A stretch of 64,000 bases of DNA from an uncultured Chloroflexia bacterium (GTDB lineage: Bacteria; Chloroflexota; Anaerolineae; CG2-30-64-16): positions 448,001 to 512,000 of the forward strand of contig CAVZDU010000003.1 of the NCBI GenBank assembly GCA_963774265.1, written 5' to 3'. Positions 30,482 through 40,090 of this stretch are shown here, piece by piece. The notes under the pieces are model-generated. The model was given only the letters and a program-made list of their open reading frames with translations, did not search any database and had not been told where the DNA came from. The stretch's first letter is position 1. Each line of letters begins with the position of its first letter. A program made the translations under genes and the position numbers.

Positions 30482-32728
30482 ATGCCTGATCAGCCATTCA
30501 CCCACCTGCACCGCCCCTTGAAAGCCGTCATCCTGGCTGCCGGCGCCAGGTCCATCACCGGGGATGGCCTGCCCCTGCTGCTCCAGGAATTGAGCGGGCG
30601 CAAGATCATCGACTATGTCGTTGCCAACGCGGCGCAGGTCGTGGCGCCGGCCGACACCTATGTCGTCGTAGGCCACCGCCGGGAGGCCATCCAGGCGCAT
30701 TTGGGGCCGGGCTACCAATACGTCGTGCAGGAGACGGCGCGTGGCACGGGCGATGCGGTCCGCCAGATCCGGCCGCTGCTCCGGGACTACGACGGCGACC
30801 TGTTGATCCTTTACGGTGACACGCCACTCTTTGGGTCGGCCTCGATTCGAGGCCTGATCAACCGCCACCGCCTGCGTGCGGCCAACTTGACATTGCTCAC
30901 GGCGGTTGCCGACCGGCCATACCCTTACGGTCGCGTGATCCGCGACAGCGATGGCCGCATCGTCGATATCATCGAGGAGGCGCAGGCATCGGCTCGCGTG
31001 AGGGAGATTCGAGAACTGAACGTCGGCGCGTACGTCGTTTCTGCACAGCAAATCTGGCCGGTGCTGGAGGCGCTCACACCGTCGCCGGTGGACGACGAGT
31101 TCCGGCTGACCGACTCGGCCCACCGCTTGATTCACTATGGCCTGGCCGTCGAGAGTTACCAGATCTACGATCCCGACGAGATCCAGGGTATCAACACTCG
31201 CGCCGATCTGGAGCGGGCCGAGTTCATCCTGCAACGACGTCTTTTCCGACCACGACGGCAGGAAGAACGCAATATCGTCCAGTTCGGCACCGGCGGCTGG
31301 CGTGCTGTCATCGGTGAAGGATTCACCCTCCACAATGTGCGCCGGCTGTGCCAGGCGCTGGCCAACGACATTACCCGCCGTGGGCTGGAGAAACGGGGTG
31401 TGCTGATCGGCTACGACCGCCGGTTCCTGTCCAACCAGGCCGCAGAGGCTGCGGCGGAGGTTTTCGCCGGCAACAACATCCAAACCATCCTGCTGACCGA
31501 AGACGCACCCACCCCGCTGATTAACTACGCCACCGAGCTTGTCAACTCGGCCTTTGGGTTGGCGTTTACCGCCAGCCATAACCCGCCGGACTGGAACGGT
31601 CTCAAAGTCTTCCACGGCGACGGCTCGCTGCTGCGGACCGAGGAGACCGATCAGATCGAGGACGAAACCAATCACCTGAACCTGGACGACGTGGTGAAGA
31701 TCCCGCTGGATATCGCGCTCGCGGCCGGCATCGTCGTGCGCCGGGACTTCGTCAACGAGTACGTGGACCGGGTCGAGTCCTTCGTCGACCTGGATGCCAT
31801 TCGCCAGGCGGGGCTGAAGGTCGTTGTGGACCCGATGTACGGCGTGGGACATCTGACGTTGGGCATCATCCTCAATGAGGCGCGCTGCCGGGTGACCTTC
31901 ATCCACGAGCGGCGCAATCCGCTCTTCGGCGGTCGATCGCCCGCGCCCGATCTGGAGGCGCTGCGCTTGCTGCGGACGATCGTGCGCGAGGAGCACTTCG
32001 ACCTGGGCCTGGCTACCGATGGCGACGCAGACCGCATCGCGCTGATCGACGAGCGCGGAAACTTCATCGACATCAACGATCTGTTGCTGCTGCTCTACTG
32101 GTATCTGCACGAGGTCAAGGGGCAACGCGGGGGCGTGGTGCGCAACCTGGCAACCACCCATCTGCTGGACCGGCTGGCGGACTCGTTCGGCGAGAAGTGC
32201 ATTGAGACGCCGGTCGGGTTCAAATGGATTGCCGCGGCCATGGTGGAGAACAAGGCGCTGCTGGGCGGTGAGTCCAGCGGCGGCCTGACCATTCGCGGCC
32301 ACATCCTGGGCAAAGATGGCATCTTCGCCGCGGCGCTGATCATCGAGATGCTGGCGGTGACAGGCAAGCACATCTCAGAACTGCAGGAGTTGGTCTGGAA
32401 CATCACCGGACGACTCTACTCCGCCGAGGATAATCTGCCCGCGACCGCGGATATGCGCATCATCGTACCCCAACGCGTCAAGGCGTTAGTGACAGACGGC
32501 CAAGCGCCCTATCCCGTGGCCCAGGTCTCCGAAATCGATGGCACAAAAATCACCTTCCAGTCAGGTGATCCCCGAGTGGCCTCCGGGGCGTGGGTGCTGC
32601 TGCGCTTCTCAGGCACCGAACCGGTGCTTCGCATTTTCGCCGAGGCCGAGACACCTGAGAAGGCGCGTGAACTGGTGGATTGGCTCAAACAGGGCGCCGC
32701 AGTACAGCAGGCGCCACGAACCCACTAG
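30482..32728 (+). CDS. fusion: GlmU-like nucleotidyltransferase domain + phosphoglucomutase/phosphomannomutase
   Basis: ILAAG, RGTGDAV, YGDTP, YGRVIR, ELNVG and QGINT in the first ~250 aa; then FGTGGWR, TASHNP, DGDADR, GGESSGG and RFSGTEP, in one uninterrupted 748-aa frame. Confidence 0.88.
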   Translation: MPDQPFTHLHRPLKAVILAAGARSITGDGLPLLLQELSGRKIIDYVVANAAQVVAPADTYVVVGHRREAIQAHLGPGYQYVVQETARGTGDAVRQIRPLLRDYDGDLLILYGDTPLFGSASIRGLINRHRLRAANLTLLTAVADRPYPYGRVIRDSDGRIVDIIEEAQASARVREIRELNVGAYVVSAQQIWPVLEALTPSPVDDEFRLTDSAHRLIHYGLAVESYQIYDPDEIQGINTRADLERAEFILQRRLFRPRRQEERNIVQFGTGGWRAVIGEGFTLHNVRRLCQALANDITRRGLEKRGVLIGYDRRFLSNQAAEAAAEVFAGNNIQTILLTEDAPTPLINYATELVNSAFGLAFTASHNPPDWNGLKVFHGDGSLLRTEETDQIEDETNHLNLDDVVKIPLDIALAAGIVVRRDFVNEYVDRVESFVDLDAIRQAGLKVVVDPMYGVGHLTLGIILNEARCRVTFIHERRNPLFGGRSPAPDLEALRLLRTIVREEHFDLGLATDGDADRIALIDERGNFIDINDLLLLLYWYLHEVKGQRGGVVRNLATTHLLDRLADSFGEKCIETPVGFKWIAAAMVENKALLGGESSGGLTIRGHILGKDGIFAAALIIEMLAVTGKHISELQELVWNITGRLYSAEDNLPATADMRIIVPQRVKALVTDGQAPYPVAQVSEIDGTKITFQSGDPRVASGAWVLLRFSGTEPVLRIFAEAETPEKARELVDWLKQGAAVQQAPRTH

Positions 32729-32764
32729 CGTGTATGAGAATTCAAGCGGGAGGCATCAACAACA

Positions 32765-33872
32765 ATGCGCATCGCAAACCGGGACTACACACGCTCTGAA
32801 GTCCTGCGTCGTGTCGGAAACGTCAGCCAGCTCGCCGGCACACGACACACCGTATTGGCGGAAGGCCGCGCAAAAGGAATCGCAGCGATCGATTTCGACA
32901 CCGGCGCAGGACTGCGATTCATCGTCCTGCCCGACCGGGGCCTGGACATCTCGGCGGCGGGATATAGAGGCACTAACCTGGTGTACCAGACCCCGAACGG
33001 CGAAGTGCACCCGGCGTTCTATGAGCCGGAAGGGCTGGGCTGGCTGCGCACCTTCTTCGGCGGCCTGCTGACCACCTGCGGGCTGACCTACCTGGGGGCT
33101 CCCGGCCGCGACGGCGATGAGGATCTGGGGCTGCATGGCCGCTACGCGGCCACCCCGGCGCGCCGGGTCTGTGATCGCTCACGATGGGAGGGCGACGACT
33201 ACGTCCTGGAAGTCTCGGGGGTGATGGAGGAATGCCGGCTCTTCGGCGACAAGCTGCGCCTGACGCGAACCATCACCACTCGCGCCGGCGCCAAGTCCCT
33301 GGCCATCCACGACGTCGTGGAGAACTTCGGCCACCGCCCGTCGCCCTTTACGATCCTGTACCACATCAACTTTGGTTTTCCGCTCCTCGATGCCGGCAGT
33401 CGCGCCATCGTCGCCGCGGCCGAGAGCACGCCCTACGATGCGCGTTCGGCAGAGGGCATGCCCGATATGCTGGCGTTCTCCGATCCTGTGCCGCTTTACG
33501 AGGAGCAGAACTTCTCCCACCGCATGGGGATCGACGCCGAAGGGTGGACCTGCGCCGCGCTGATCAACCCCACCCTGCACGGCGGGCTGGGTGTCTACAT
33601 CAAGTTCGACGGCCGGGCCCTGCCCTACCTGAACGAGTGGAAAATGATGGGGGAAGGTGACTACGTGGCAGCCCTGGAACCCTGCAACGCCCCTTGCGAA
33701 AACCGTGGCTCGCTGCGTGCAAAGGATCTTCTACCCTATCTGGCCGCGGGCGCCGCGCAGGAGTTGCGCGTGGAAATCGGTGTACTGGAAGGCGAAGCCG
33801 AGAATCCGCAGCTTCGAACAACGCGCGGCCGCGTGCCTGTCCACCGGCGCTCCTCCGGGCTCGCTGCGATAG
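32765..33872 (+). CDS. DUF4432 / aldose 1-epimerase-fold protein, probable indel near 33805
   Basis: PDRGLDI, GGLLTTCGL, GLHGR, LYHINFGFP and ALEP. Confidence 0.85.
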
Positions 33873-33880
33873 GTAACGTC

Positions 33881-33914
33881 AAACCCTTCGGGTCTTGCCT
33901 GCCCGAAGGGTTTT
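33881..33914. terminator. bidirectional terminator / REP-like hairpin between convergent genes
   Basis: AAACCCTTCGGG ... CCCGAAGGGTTTT. Confidence 0.7.
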
Positions 33915-33920
33915 CTAGAG

Positions 33921-35252
33921 TTACACCCGGTGCACCTTGAACTGGGGCAGGTAGTCACGGTGCTGCGCGAATAGCTCGTTGGTCATCGACCGGATCTCGG
34001 CCAGCGATAGCACCGCGGCCGTCAGCGGGTCGTGGCAGATGGCGCGATAGACCGCCACGGGATCGCCGGTCAGCGCCGCCTGGATCGCGAGTTCTTCGAT
34101 GCCGCTGGAGAGCTGGGTCAGGAGCGCGCATTCGGGCGGCAGCGCGCCGACATGTATCGGATGGAACCCGGCCTTGTCCACCAGCACCGGCACCTCGACG
34201 CACGCGCCCCTCGGCAGGTTCGTGATCAGGTCGGTGTTGGGCACGTTGCCGTTGAACACGAATTTCTCGCCCCCGCGCAGCGCGTTGATGATGTGGGCCG
34301 CGTACTCTTCACCGCGCGCCAGGTCTTCCGGCGCAAGCTCCCGCGCCAACTCCTTCTTGACGATCTCCACCCAGGTGGCCTCGTTGTCCTGGTATTCCTT
34401 CAGGATGTAGGCGTATTCTCCCGGATTCCAGCCGGTGCCGTGGGTGCAGTACTTTTCGATCAGGTCGGGACGCTTGCGGAACCACCAGTTGTACTCGGAG
34501 TTGTGCCCGCTCGACTCGGTCACGTAGTGGCCCAGCGCCAGGTACATCTCGTTGCGCACCGGCTCCTCGTTGTAGACCTCGGCGCGCTCCGTGATCGCCT
34601 CGTGGATCAAGGGGTAGGCGTCCACCCCGTTCCAGCGGTAGTCCAGGTACCAGGCCTGGTGGTTGATGCCCGCGCAGGTATAGGTGATCTCGCTGTACGG
34701 CGCGCCGATCCAGTCGGCCAGCATCATGGCTGTGCCCTGCACCGAATGGCAAAGCCCGGTCACGGGGATGAAGGTCTGCCTCTGGAGCGCGCCGCACAGC
34801 ATCGCCATCGGATTGGTGTAGTTGAGCAGCACGGCTTCCGGGCAGACCCGCTCCATGTCGCGCACGATATCCATCATGGGCGGCAGCGTGCGCAGGAAGC
34901 GGAAGATGCCGCTGGGCCCGCGGGTGTCGCCCACGTTGATATCCACTCCGTACTTCTTGGGGATCTCGATATCGTGCCGCCAGACATCGGTGCTGCCGGC
35001 CAGGATGGTCGTCAGAACGACGTCCGCGCCGCGGAGCGCCTCGACGCGGTCCAGCGTTGCCTCAACTTTGGCCGGCGTGCCGGTGGCCTCGATCAGCCTG
35101 GTCACGCCGCGACGGGCAAAGTCCAGCCGCTCCGTGTTGATGTCCATCAAGGCGATGGTGGCATCCTGCAGGATCGGGAAGGTGAGGATGTCGCGCACGA
35201 GCTCGCCGGTGAAGCCGAGACTCCCGGCGCCGATGAAGGCGATCTTGGTCAT
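33921..35252 (-). CDS. melA: GH4 NAD-dependent alpha-galactosidase/alpha-glucosidase
   Basis: [29 protein letters not shown] and [10 protein letters not shown]. Confidence 0.85.
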   Translation of the reverse strand: MTKIAFIGAGSLGFTGELVRDILTFPILQDATIALMDINTERLDFARRGVTRLIEATGTPAKVEATLDRVEALRGADVVLTTILAGSTDVWRHDIEIPKKYGVDINVGDTRGPSGIFRFLRTLPPMMDIVRDMERVCPEAVLLNYTNPMAMLCGALQRQTFIPVTGLCHSVQGTAMMLADWIGAPYSEITYTCAGINHQAWYLDYRWNGVDAYPLIHEAITERAEVYNEEPVRNEMYLALGHYVTESSGHNSEYNWWFRKRPDLIEKYCTHGTGWNPGEYAYILKEYQDNEATWVEIVKKELARELAPEDLARGEEYAAHIINALRGGEKFVFNGNVPNTDLITNLPRGACVEVPVLVDKAGFHPIHVGALPPECALLTQLSSGIEELAIQAALTGDPVAVYRAICHDPLTAAVLSLAEIRSMTNELFAQHRDYLPQFKVHRV

Positions 35253-35280
35253 GTGTCACACCTTTGCATTGTTGATGAGC

Positions 35281-36135
35281 TTACTTGCCCCCCAGCCCGC
35301 TGAGCGTGATGCCTTCCACGATCCAACGCTGGACGAGCAAAAAGATGAGCAGCACCGGCAGGATCACCAGCACCGAGGCTGCCATGGTGAGATTGGTCTT
35401 GTCAACCATCTGGCTGGAGTACCAGGTCAGGATGATGGGCAGCGTGCGGACGTTCTTCTCGGTCAGGACGATGAGCGGCCACAGGTAGGAGTTCCAGTTG
35501 AACATGAAAGTCAACATGCCGAATGTGGCCAGGGCCGGACCAAGCTGCGGGAGCACGATGCGCCGGTAAATCTGAAACTCGCCGGCCCCATCCACACGCG
35601 CGGCGTCGATCAACTCATTGGGGATGGACATGGCGAACTGCCGAAACAGGAAGATGCCAAAGGCGTCGATCGCGGCGGGGATGATCAAGCCCGCCAGGTT
35701 GTTGATCAGGCCGAGCCTGGCCAGTATCAGGTAGGCGGGGATCATGATGATCTGGCTGGGGATCATCATCGTCGCCAGGATGAACCAGAAGAGCACCCGC
35801 TTCCCCTCGAATTGGTACTTGGCGAAGATGAACCCGAAAAGCGAGCTGGTGAAAAGCACCTGGACCACGTTGGCGAGCGCGATGATCGCGGAGTTCCTGT
35901 AGAAATTTCCCAGCGGGAGGTTGGGGTCGTTCAGGACGCGCGTGTAGTTGGCCAGCGTGAAATCCTGCGGGAAGAAGGTGGGAGGCACCTGGCGGATCTC
36001 GGCCAGCGGCTTGAACGAGCTCAGCACCATCCACGCGAACGGCAGCAAGGTGATCAGGCTGGCCGGAACCAGGATGAAGTAGGCCAGGTTGAGCCGCCGC
36101 CGGGGCCGATATCGGGAGTGAGTTGCAGTTGCCAC
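35281..36135 (-). CDS. carbohydrate ABC transporter permease (MalG-like)
   Basis: IPNELIDAARVDGA EAA loop and FNWNSYLWP; GTG start at 36135. Confidence 0.9.
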   Translation of the reverse strand: MATATHSRYRPRRRLNLAYFILVPASLITLLPFAWMVLSSFKPLAEIRQVPPTFFPQDFTLANYTRVLNDPNLPLGNFYRNSAIIALANVVQVLFTSSLFGFIFAKYQFEGKRVLFWFILATMMIPSQIIMIPAYLILARLGLINNLAGLIIPAAIDAFGIFLFRQFAMSIPNELIDAARVDGAGEFQIYRRIVLPQLGPALATFGMLTFMFNWNSYLWPLIVLTEKNVRTLPIILTWYSSQMVDKTNLTMAASVLVILPVLLIFLLVQRWIVEGITLSGLGGK

Positions 36136-36137
36136 GG

Positions 36138-37133
36138 CTAGTACTCCCATTCCGTGCGCATCAGGCGCGTCTGGACGATCGAGATGGAGAGGATCATCAG
36201 GAACATCACCAGCGAAACGGCCGCGGCCCAGCCCATCTTCTGGTAACGGAAGGCGTAGTTGTAGATGTTCAGCAGCAGCACCTGGGTCTGGTCCTCTGGC
36301 CCGCCCTGGGTCATCACCTGGATAATGTCGAACACCTGGAAGGCAGAGATCATGGTCAGGACTGCGGCCAGGAGGATCGTGGGCATCAGCAGCGGCACAA
36401 CGATGCGCGTCAGCATGTGCCAACCATTGGCGCCATCGATCCGGGCCGCGTCTTTGATGGTCTGCGGGATGCCCTGGAGCGCGGCGATGAAGATGACCAG
36501 GTTGTAGCCCAGGTCTTGCCACAGGTAGGCGACGATGACGGCCAGCAAGGCCACCGGGACGCCCAGGACGACGAGGTTGGGATCGCCGGTCCAGTTGATG
36601 CCGGTCAGCTTGCCCGTGAAGAGCCGGATGATGCCGTTCAACAGGCCTCTCTGCGGGTGGTAGATGAACTGCCACATGATGGCCACACCCACGGAAGGCG
36701 CCAACACTGCCAGGAAGAAGAAGGTGCGGAAGATGCCCTTGACACCCTCGTGCACCGATTCGATCAAGACCGCAAGGGGCAGGGTGACCAGCAGGTTAAG
36801 CGGGACGACGATGGCCGCAAAGAGGAGCGTCGTCTTGACACCGATGTGGAACTGGCGGACCTCCAGCGGCGCGCCGGGTGCGAAGTCCAGCATGTTGCGG
36901 AAGTTGCCCAACCCGATGAAGGGGTTGTTCTCGCCAAAACCGAGGAAACCTCCGCCTGCCCGGCGCGCGCTGTAGTCGAAAAACGCCAGCGCCAACCCCC
37001 AGACCAGGGGGAACAAAGTCCAGAACGCCATGTAGAGGACCAACGGCGAAACCGCGAGGCGTACAAAGCGCCTCTCGGCCGCGTCGCGCCCCTGGCGAGC
37101 TTCCCGCGGACGGAAATGGTGGGATTGCGCCAA
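36138..37133 (-). CDS. carbohydrate ABC transporter permease (MalF-like)
   Basis: FIGLGNF, AALQGIP..DAARIDGA and FQVFD. Confidence 0.9.
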   Translation of the reverse strand: MAQSHHFRPREARQGRDAAERRFVRLAVSPLVLYMAFWTLFPLVWGLALAFFDYSARRAGGGFLGFGENNPFIGLGNFRNMLDFAPGAPLEVRQFHIGVKTTLLFAAIVVPLNLLVTLPLAVLIESVHEGVKGIFRTFFFLAVLAPSVGVAIMWQFIYHPQRGLLNGIIRLFTGKLTGINWTGDPNLVVLGVPVALLAVIVAYLWQDLGYNLVIFIAALQGIPQTIKDAARIDGANGWHMLTRIVVPLLMPTILLAAVLTMISAFQVFDIIQVMTQGGPEDQTQVLLLNIYNYAFRYQKMGWAAAVSLVMFLMILSISIVQTRLMRTEWEY

Positions 37134-37150
37134 CGCCAGCTCCCCGTAGC

Positions 37151-38563
37151 CTACTCGAACGAGCCCCGCACCTCGCTCTCGACGGTCTGAAGCGTCTCTT
37201 CGAGCGTGGCATTCCCCTGCAGGAAGTTTAGGACCGTCGGGTAGGTGACCTCATACCAGACGAAGTCGCGGTCGGGGAATCGACCCTCAAACTGCCCGTA
37301 CTTGAGCAAGCCAAAGAAGGGTTCGAAGTAGGGGAACTCGCCCACCAGCTTCTCGGCGTTGGCGCCCGCCACGTTCTCCACAAGCGCCGGCAGCGTCCCG
37401 GAGGCCAGGTTCCACTCCGCCGCATTGGCGGGATCGAGCGCGGCAAACTTGACGAATTCCCATGCGGCATCCTGAGCCTTGCTGTTGGCCGAGACGGCAA
37501 GCCCCCAGCCGGAGGCAGCCGCAAAGACCGGCTCAGCGCCGACGCTGGGCAGAGGCTGGTAGATCGTCGCGGCGGCGACCTCCGGGTAGTCTCCGCTGTA
37601 CTCGGGAATGGCCCACGGTCCGACCAGGCCGATGGCGCTGGTCTCGGCGAAGAACGAGTCGCCGACCCAGTTCACCTCATCCGTGAAGAGCTTCGGGTCC
37701 ACCAGCCCCTCGTCCACCAGGCGCTTCATCATCTCGAGGGTCTTGACCCCTTCGGGGGTGTTCACGGTGTAGACACCGTCCTTGAGGTATTGGCCGCCGT
37801 ACTGCAGGAAAAGAGAGTGGAACATGGTGGCGATGCCGTCCGACCCGGTGAAGTTGAGCCCGGCACGGGTCATCACGCCGTCCTGCACCACGGCTAGCTT
37901 CTTGGCGTCGGCGATGACCTCATCCCAGTCCGCCCAGCCATCCTGGTACCCGGTGGCGCCGGCTTCCTTGGCCAGCTTGGTGTTCAGCAGCACGGCGCCG
38001 TACTCGATGTTGAACTCCTGTGGCAGTCCGTACAACTTTCCGTCGCACTGATAGCCGCCAAGCGGCGCGGCGAACAGCTTGGCCTCAGCATCCGTTGCGG
38101 AGATGACCGTATCCGGGACCGGGGCCAGGTTACCGCCTTCGGCAAACGAACACACCCACGAACCGAAGAGGTGCAAAATGTCGGCTTCAGTCTTGGCCGG
38201 CAGTGCAGTTTGCAGGGTCTGGATGTACGTATCGTAGTCGAAGGTCTCGAACACGATCTCGACATTGGGGTGGGTCAGCTTGTACTTGTCGGCCAGCACC
38301 CGGAAGCCGCTGCTGAACGACTCATTCTGGTGTGACCAGAGGCGAAGGGTGACCTTCTCCTGGGGTGCGGCTGCGGGGGCCTGAGTCGCTTCTGCGGGCT
38401 TTTCGGTTGCGGCTGCGGGTGCCTGGGTCGCTTCTGCGGGCTTTGCGGTTGCCGCGGCTGGCTCCGCCGCGGCCGGGGCGGTGGTCGCCTGGGGTGCTGC
38501 GGGGGTCGCACAGGCCGTAAGCACCAGCGCGACCACGACTGCGAACAGACAGAACCTTCTCAT
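37151..38563 (-). CDS. carbohydrate ABC transporter solute-binding lipoprotein (family 1)
   Basis: Lipobox LTAC, repeated PAEATQAPAAA linker, GKLYGLP and AAWEFVKF. Confidence 0.9.
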   Translation of the reverse strand: MRRFCLFAVVVALVLTACATPAAPQATTAPAAAEPAAATAKPAEATQAPAAATEKPAEATQAPAAAPQEKVTLRLWSHQNESFSSGFRVLADKYKLTHPNVEIVFETFDYDTYIQTLQTALPAKTEADILHLFGSWVCSFAEGGNLAPVPDTVISATDAEAKLFAAPLGGYQCDGKLYGLPQEFNIEYGAVLLNTKLAKEAGATGYQDGWADWDEVIADAKKLAVVQDGVMTRAGLNFTGSDGIATMFHSLFLQYGGQYLKDGVYTVNTPEGVKTLEMMKRLVDEGLVDPKLFTDEVNWVGDSFFAETSAIGLVGPWAIPEYSGDYPEVAAATIYQPLPSVGAEPVFAAASGWGLAVSANSKAQDAAWEFVKFAALDPANAAEWNLASGTLPALVENVAGANAEKLVGEFPYFEPFFGLLKYGQFEGRFPDRDFVWYEVTYPTVLNFLQGNATLEETLQTVESEVRGSFE

Positions 38564-38721
38564 CGTACTCCTCCTTGAGTCAATGGCAGCAGGAAAATGC
38601 GGATCACTGCCCGGATGCAGAATTCAGTATATCATACATCGACCGGGTGCTTGACACGCAATGGGCGTCGCAAACGCCGTGAGAGTCGCCACCACCGCCG
38701 ATGATCGAGTCAAGTCCAGCG

Positions 38722-38900
38722 CTACTTTGCCACAACGCTGAGCCTGCTTACCTGGATGTACGGCAGCAGACCAGGGTGCCACGCTCCTGGCCCGCTCACC
38801 CACTCGCGCTCCTGGCTGATGCTCGCGATGTCACGCAGCGCGCCGTACGCGTTGCCGGCCAGCATGACATCCTTCACGCGGCCCACGATTTCGCCGTTCC
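38722..38900 (-). pseudogene. C-terminal fragment of a TldD/PmbA-family protein
   Basis: Minus strand reads NGEIVGRVKDVMLAGNAYGALRDIASISQEREWV...LPYIQVSRLSVVAK-stop; the upstream part is missing. Confidence 0.65.
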
Positions 38901-39122
38901 TCGATACGGATATCCGGGTACTCGACGTCGTGCGACTTCAGTGCCTGCTCCAAGCGATCGCGCATGGCTGTGCCTCCTTTTTTGTGCGCCCTCAGTATAC
39001 CCCCGATTGCCCCTGATGGCTCACAAACGTCACGAGAGAAGACCGGTCGCGAGCCATTGTGCTGTTATGACGATTGTGGTATCCTAACTCATGAGAATGT
39101 CACTTGGTGCAGGAGTTGTGCA

Positions 39123-39490
39123 ATGTCTGAATTGGCAGCCGATTACCAGACGGTTGTCGGACGCTTGGGAGTGCTAGAAAACGAGCTGCGGCAGTTGCGC
39201 GATCTGGTGACAGCCAAGTCCCAATCGGTATCCCCGTCGACTGCGGCCGATCACCTATATATCACGCAGGTACAGAGTATCTTGGGTGGCGAGCCCATCA
39301 TCAAGGGAACCCGAACGCCAGTGCGGGCAGTGGTGGAGCACTGGAAATTCGGTGATGCACCTGAAGAAATCGTCCGCAAGCTGCCGCACTTGCGCTTGGC
39401 GGAAGTCTTCGATGCGTTAGCTATTACGACGACCACCGCGCCGAAGTCGAGCGTTTGATCGCCCTAAACCGAGTCGCAGCCGATGGCTGA
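39123..39490 (+). CDS. DUF433 antitoxin, indel near 39420
   Basis: ILGGEPIIKGTRTPV..EEIVRKLPHLRLAEVFDALA, continuing as YYDDHRAEV in the shifted frame. Confidence 0.85.
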
Positions 39491-39857
39491 ACGCGCCGAC
39501 CAGGAGTTGGAGGCGCTCTACGTGCACCTTTACTGCGACGAAGATGTGTCTGCCGGCATCGTCGAAAACATGCTCCAGCGCGGCTTTGATGTGCTGAGCG
39601 CCCGTGAAGCTAATCGCTTACACCTGGATGACGACGCGCAACTGGCTTTCGCAGTAGCCACCCAACGCGCCCTGTTCACCCACAACCGATTCGATTTCGA
39701 ACAGAGGCACAGCCAATATCTGGCAGAAGGACGTCAACACTACGGTATTATCCTGGCGCGACGTCGTCCAAGCGATTCAGATGTTGTTGCCAGGCTGTTG
39801 ACTCTGCTCAACTCGATCACAAGGGACGAAATGGTCAACCAACTCCGCTACATTTGA
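39483..39857 (+). CDS. DUF5615 PIN-like toxin (VapC45 type)
   Basis: LYCDEDV, DDAQLAFA, THNRFDF and HYGIIL; overlaps the DUF433 gene. Confidence 0.85.
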   Translation: MAERADQELEALYVHLYCDEDVSAGIVENMLQRGFDVLSAREANRLHLDDDAQLAFAVATQRALFTHNRFDFEQRHSQYLAEGRQHYGIILARRRPSDSDVVARLLTLLNSITRDEMVNQLRYI

Positions 39858-39872
39858 ACATCCCAAAGTTCG

Positions 39873-40045
39873 TTACAACCGCCAATTATCCACCGGTGAC
39901 GCCTTCTGGTGCGCCCTGGCGCAGTCGGTCTGCGGGATGCGGGCGTAGCGCTTCACCATCTCGATATCGGAATGCCCCAGCAGCGCCTGCAGCGTGAACA
40001 GGTCGCCCTCGTTGCGCAGATAGGTGATGGCGAAGGTGTGGCGGG
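39873..40045 (-). pseudogene. C-terminal remnant of a tyrosine recombinase
   Basis: [45 protein letters not shown]-stop; N-terminal part absent. Confidence 0.85.
39956..39982 (+). repeat. 27-bp direct repeat, copy 1 (inside the integrase remnant)
   Basis: CCATCTCGATATCGGAATGCCCCAGCA, identical to 44034-44060. Confidence 0.85.
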
Positions 40046-40090
40046 ATGTGCGCTGAGGGCAGATATGCGACCACGAGGAGTGGGAGTGCG

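Noticed and set aside
30467-32371. Long antisense ORFs (also 58254-59897, 34032-35303, 26468-27631)
   Set aside because: Shadow frames of well-supported genes in high-GC DNA, with no motifs of their own.
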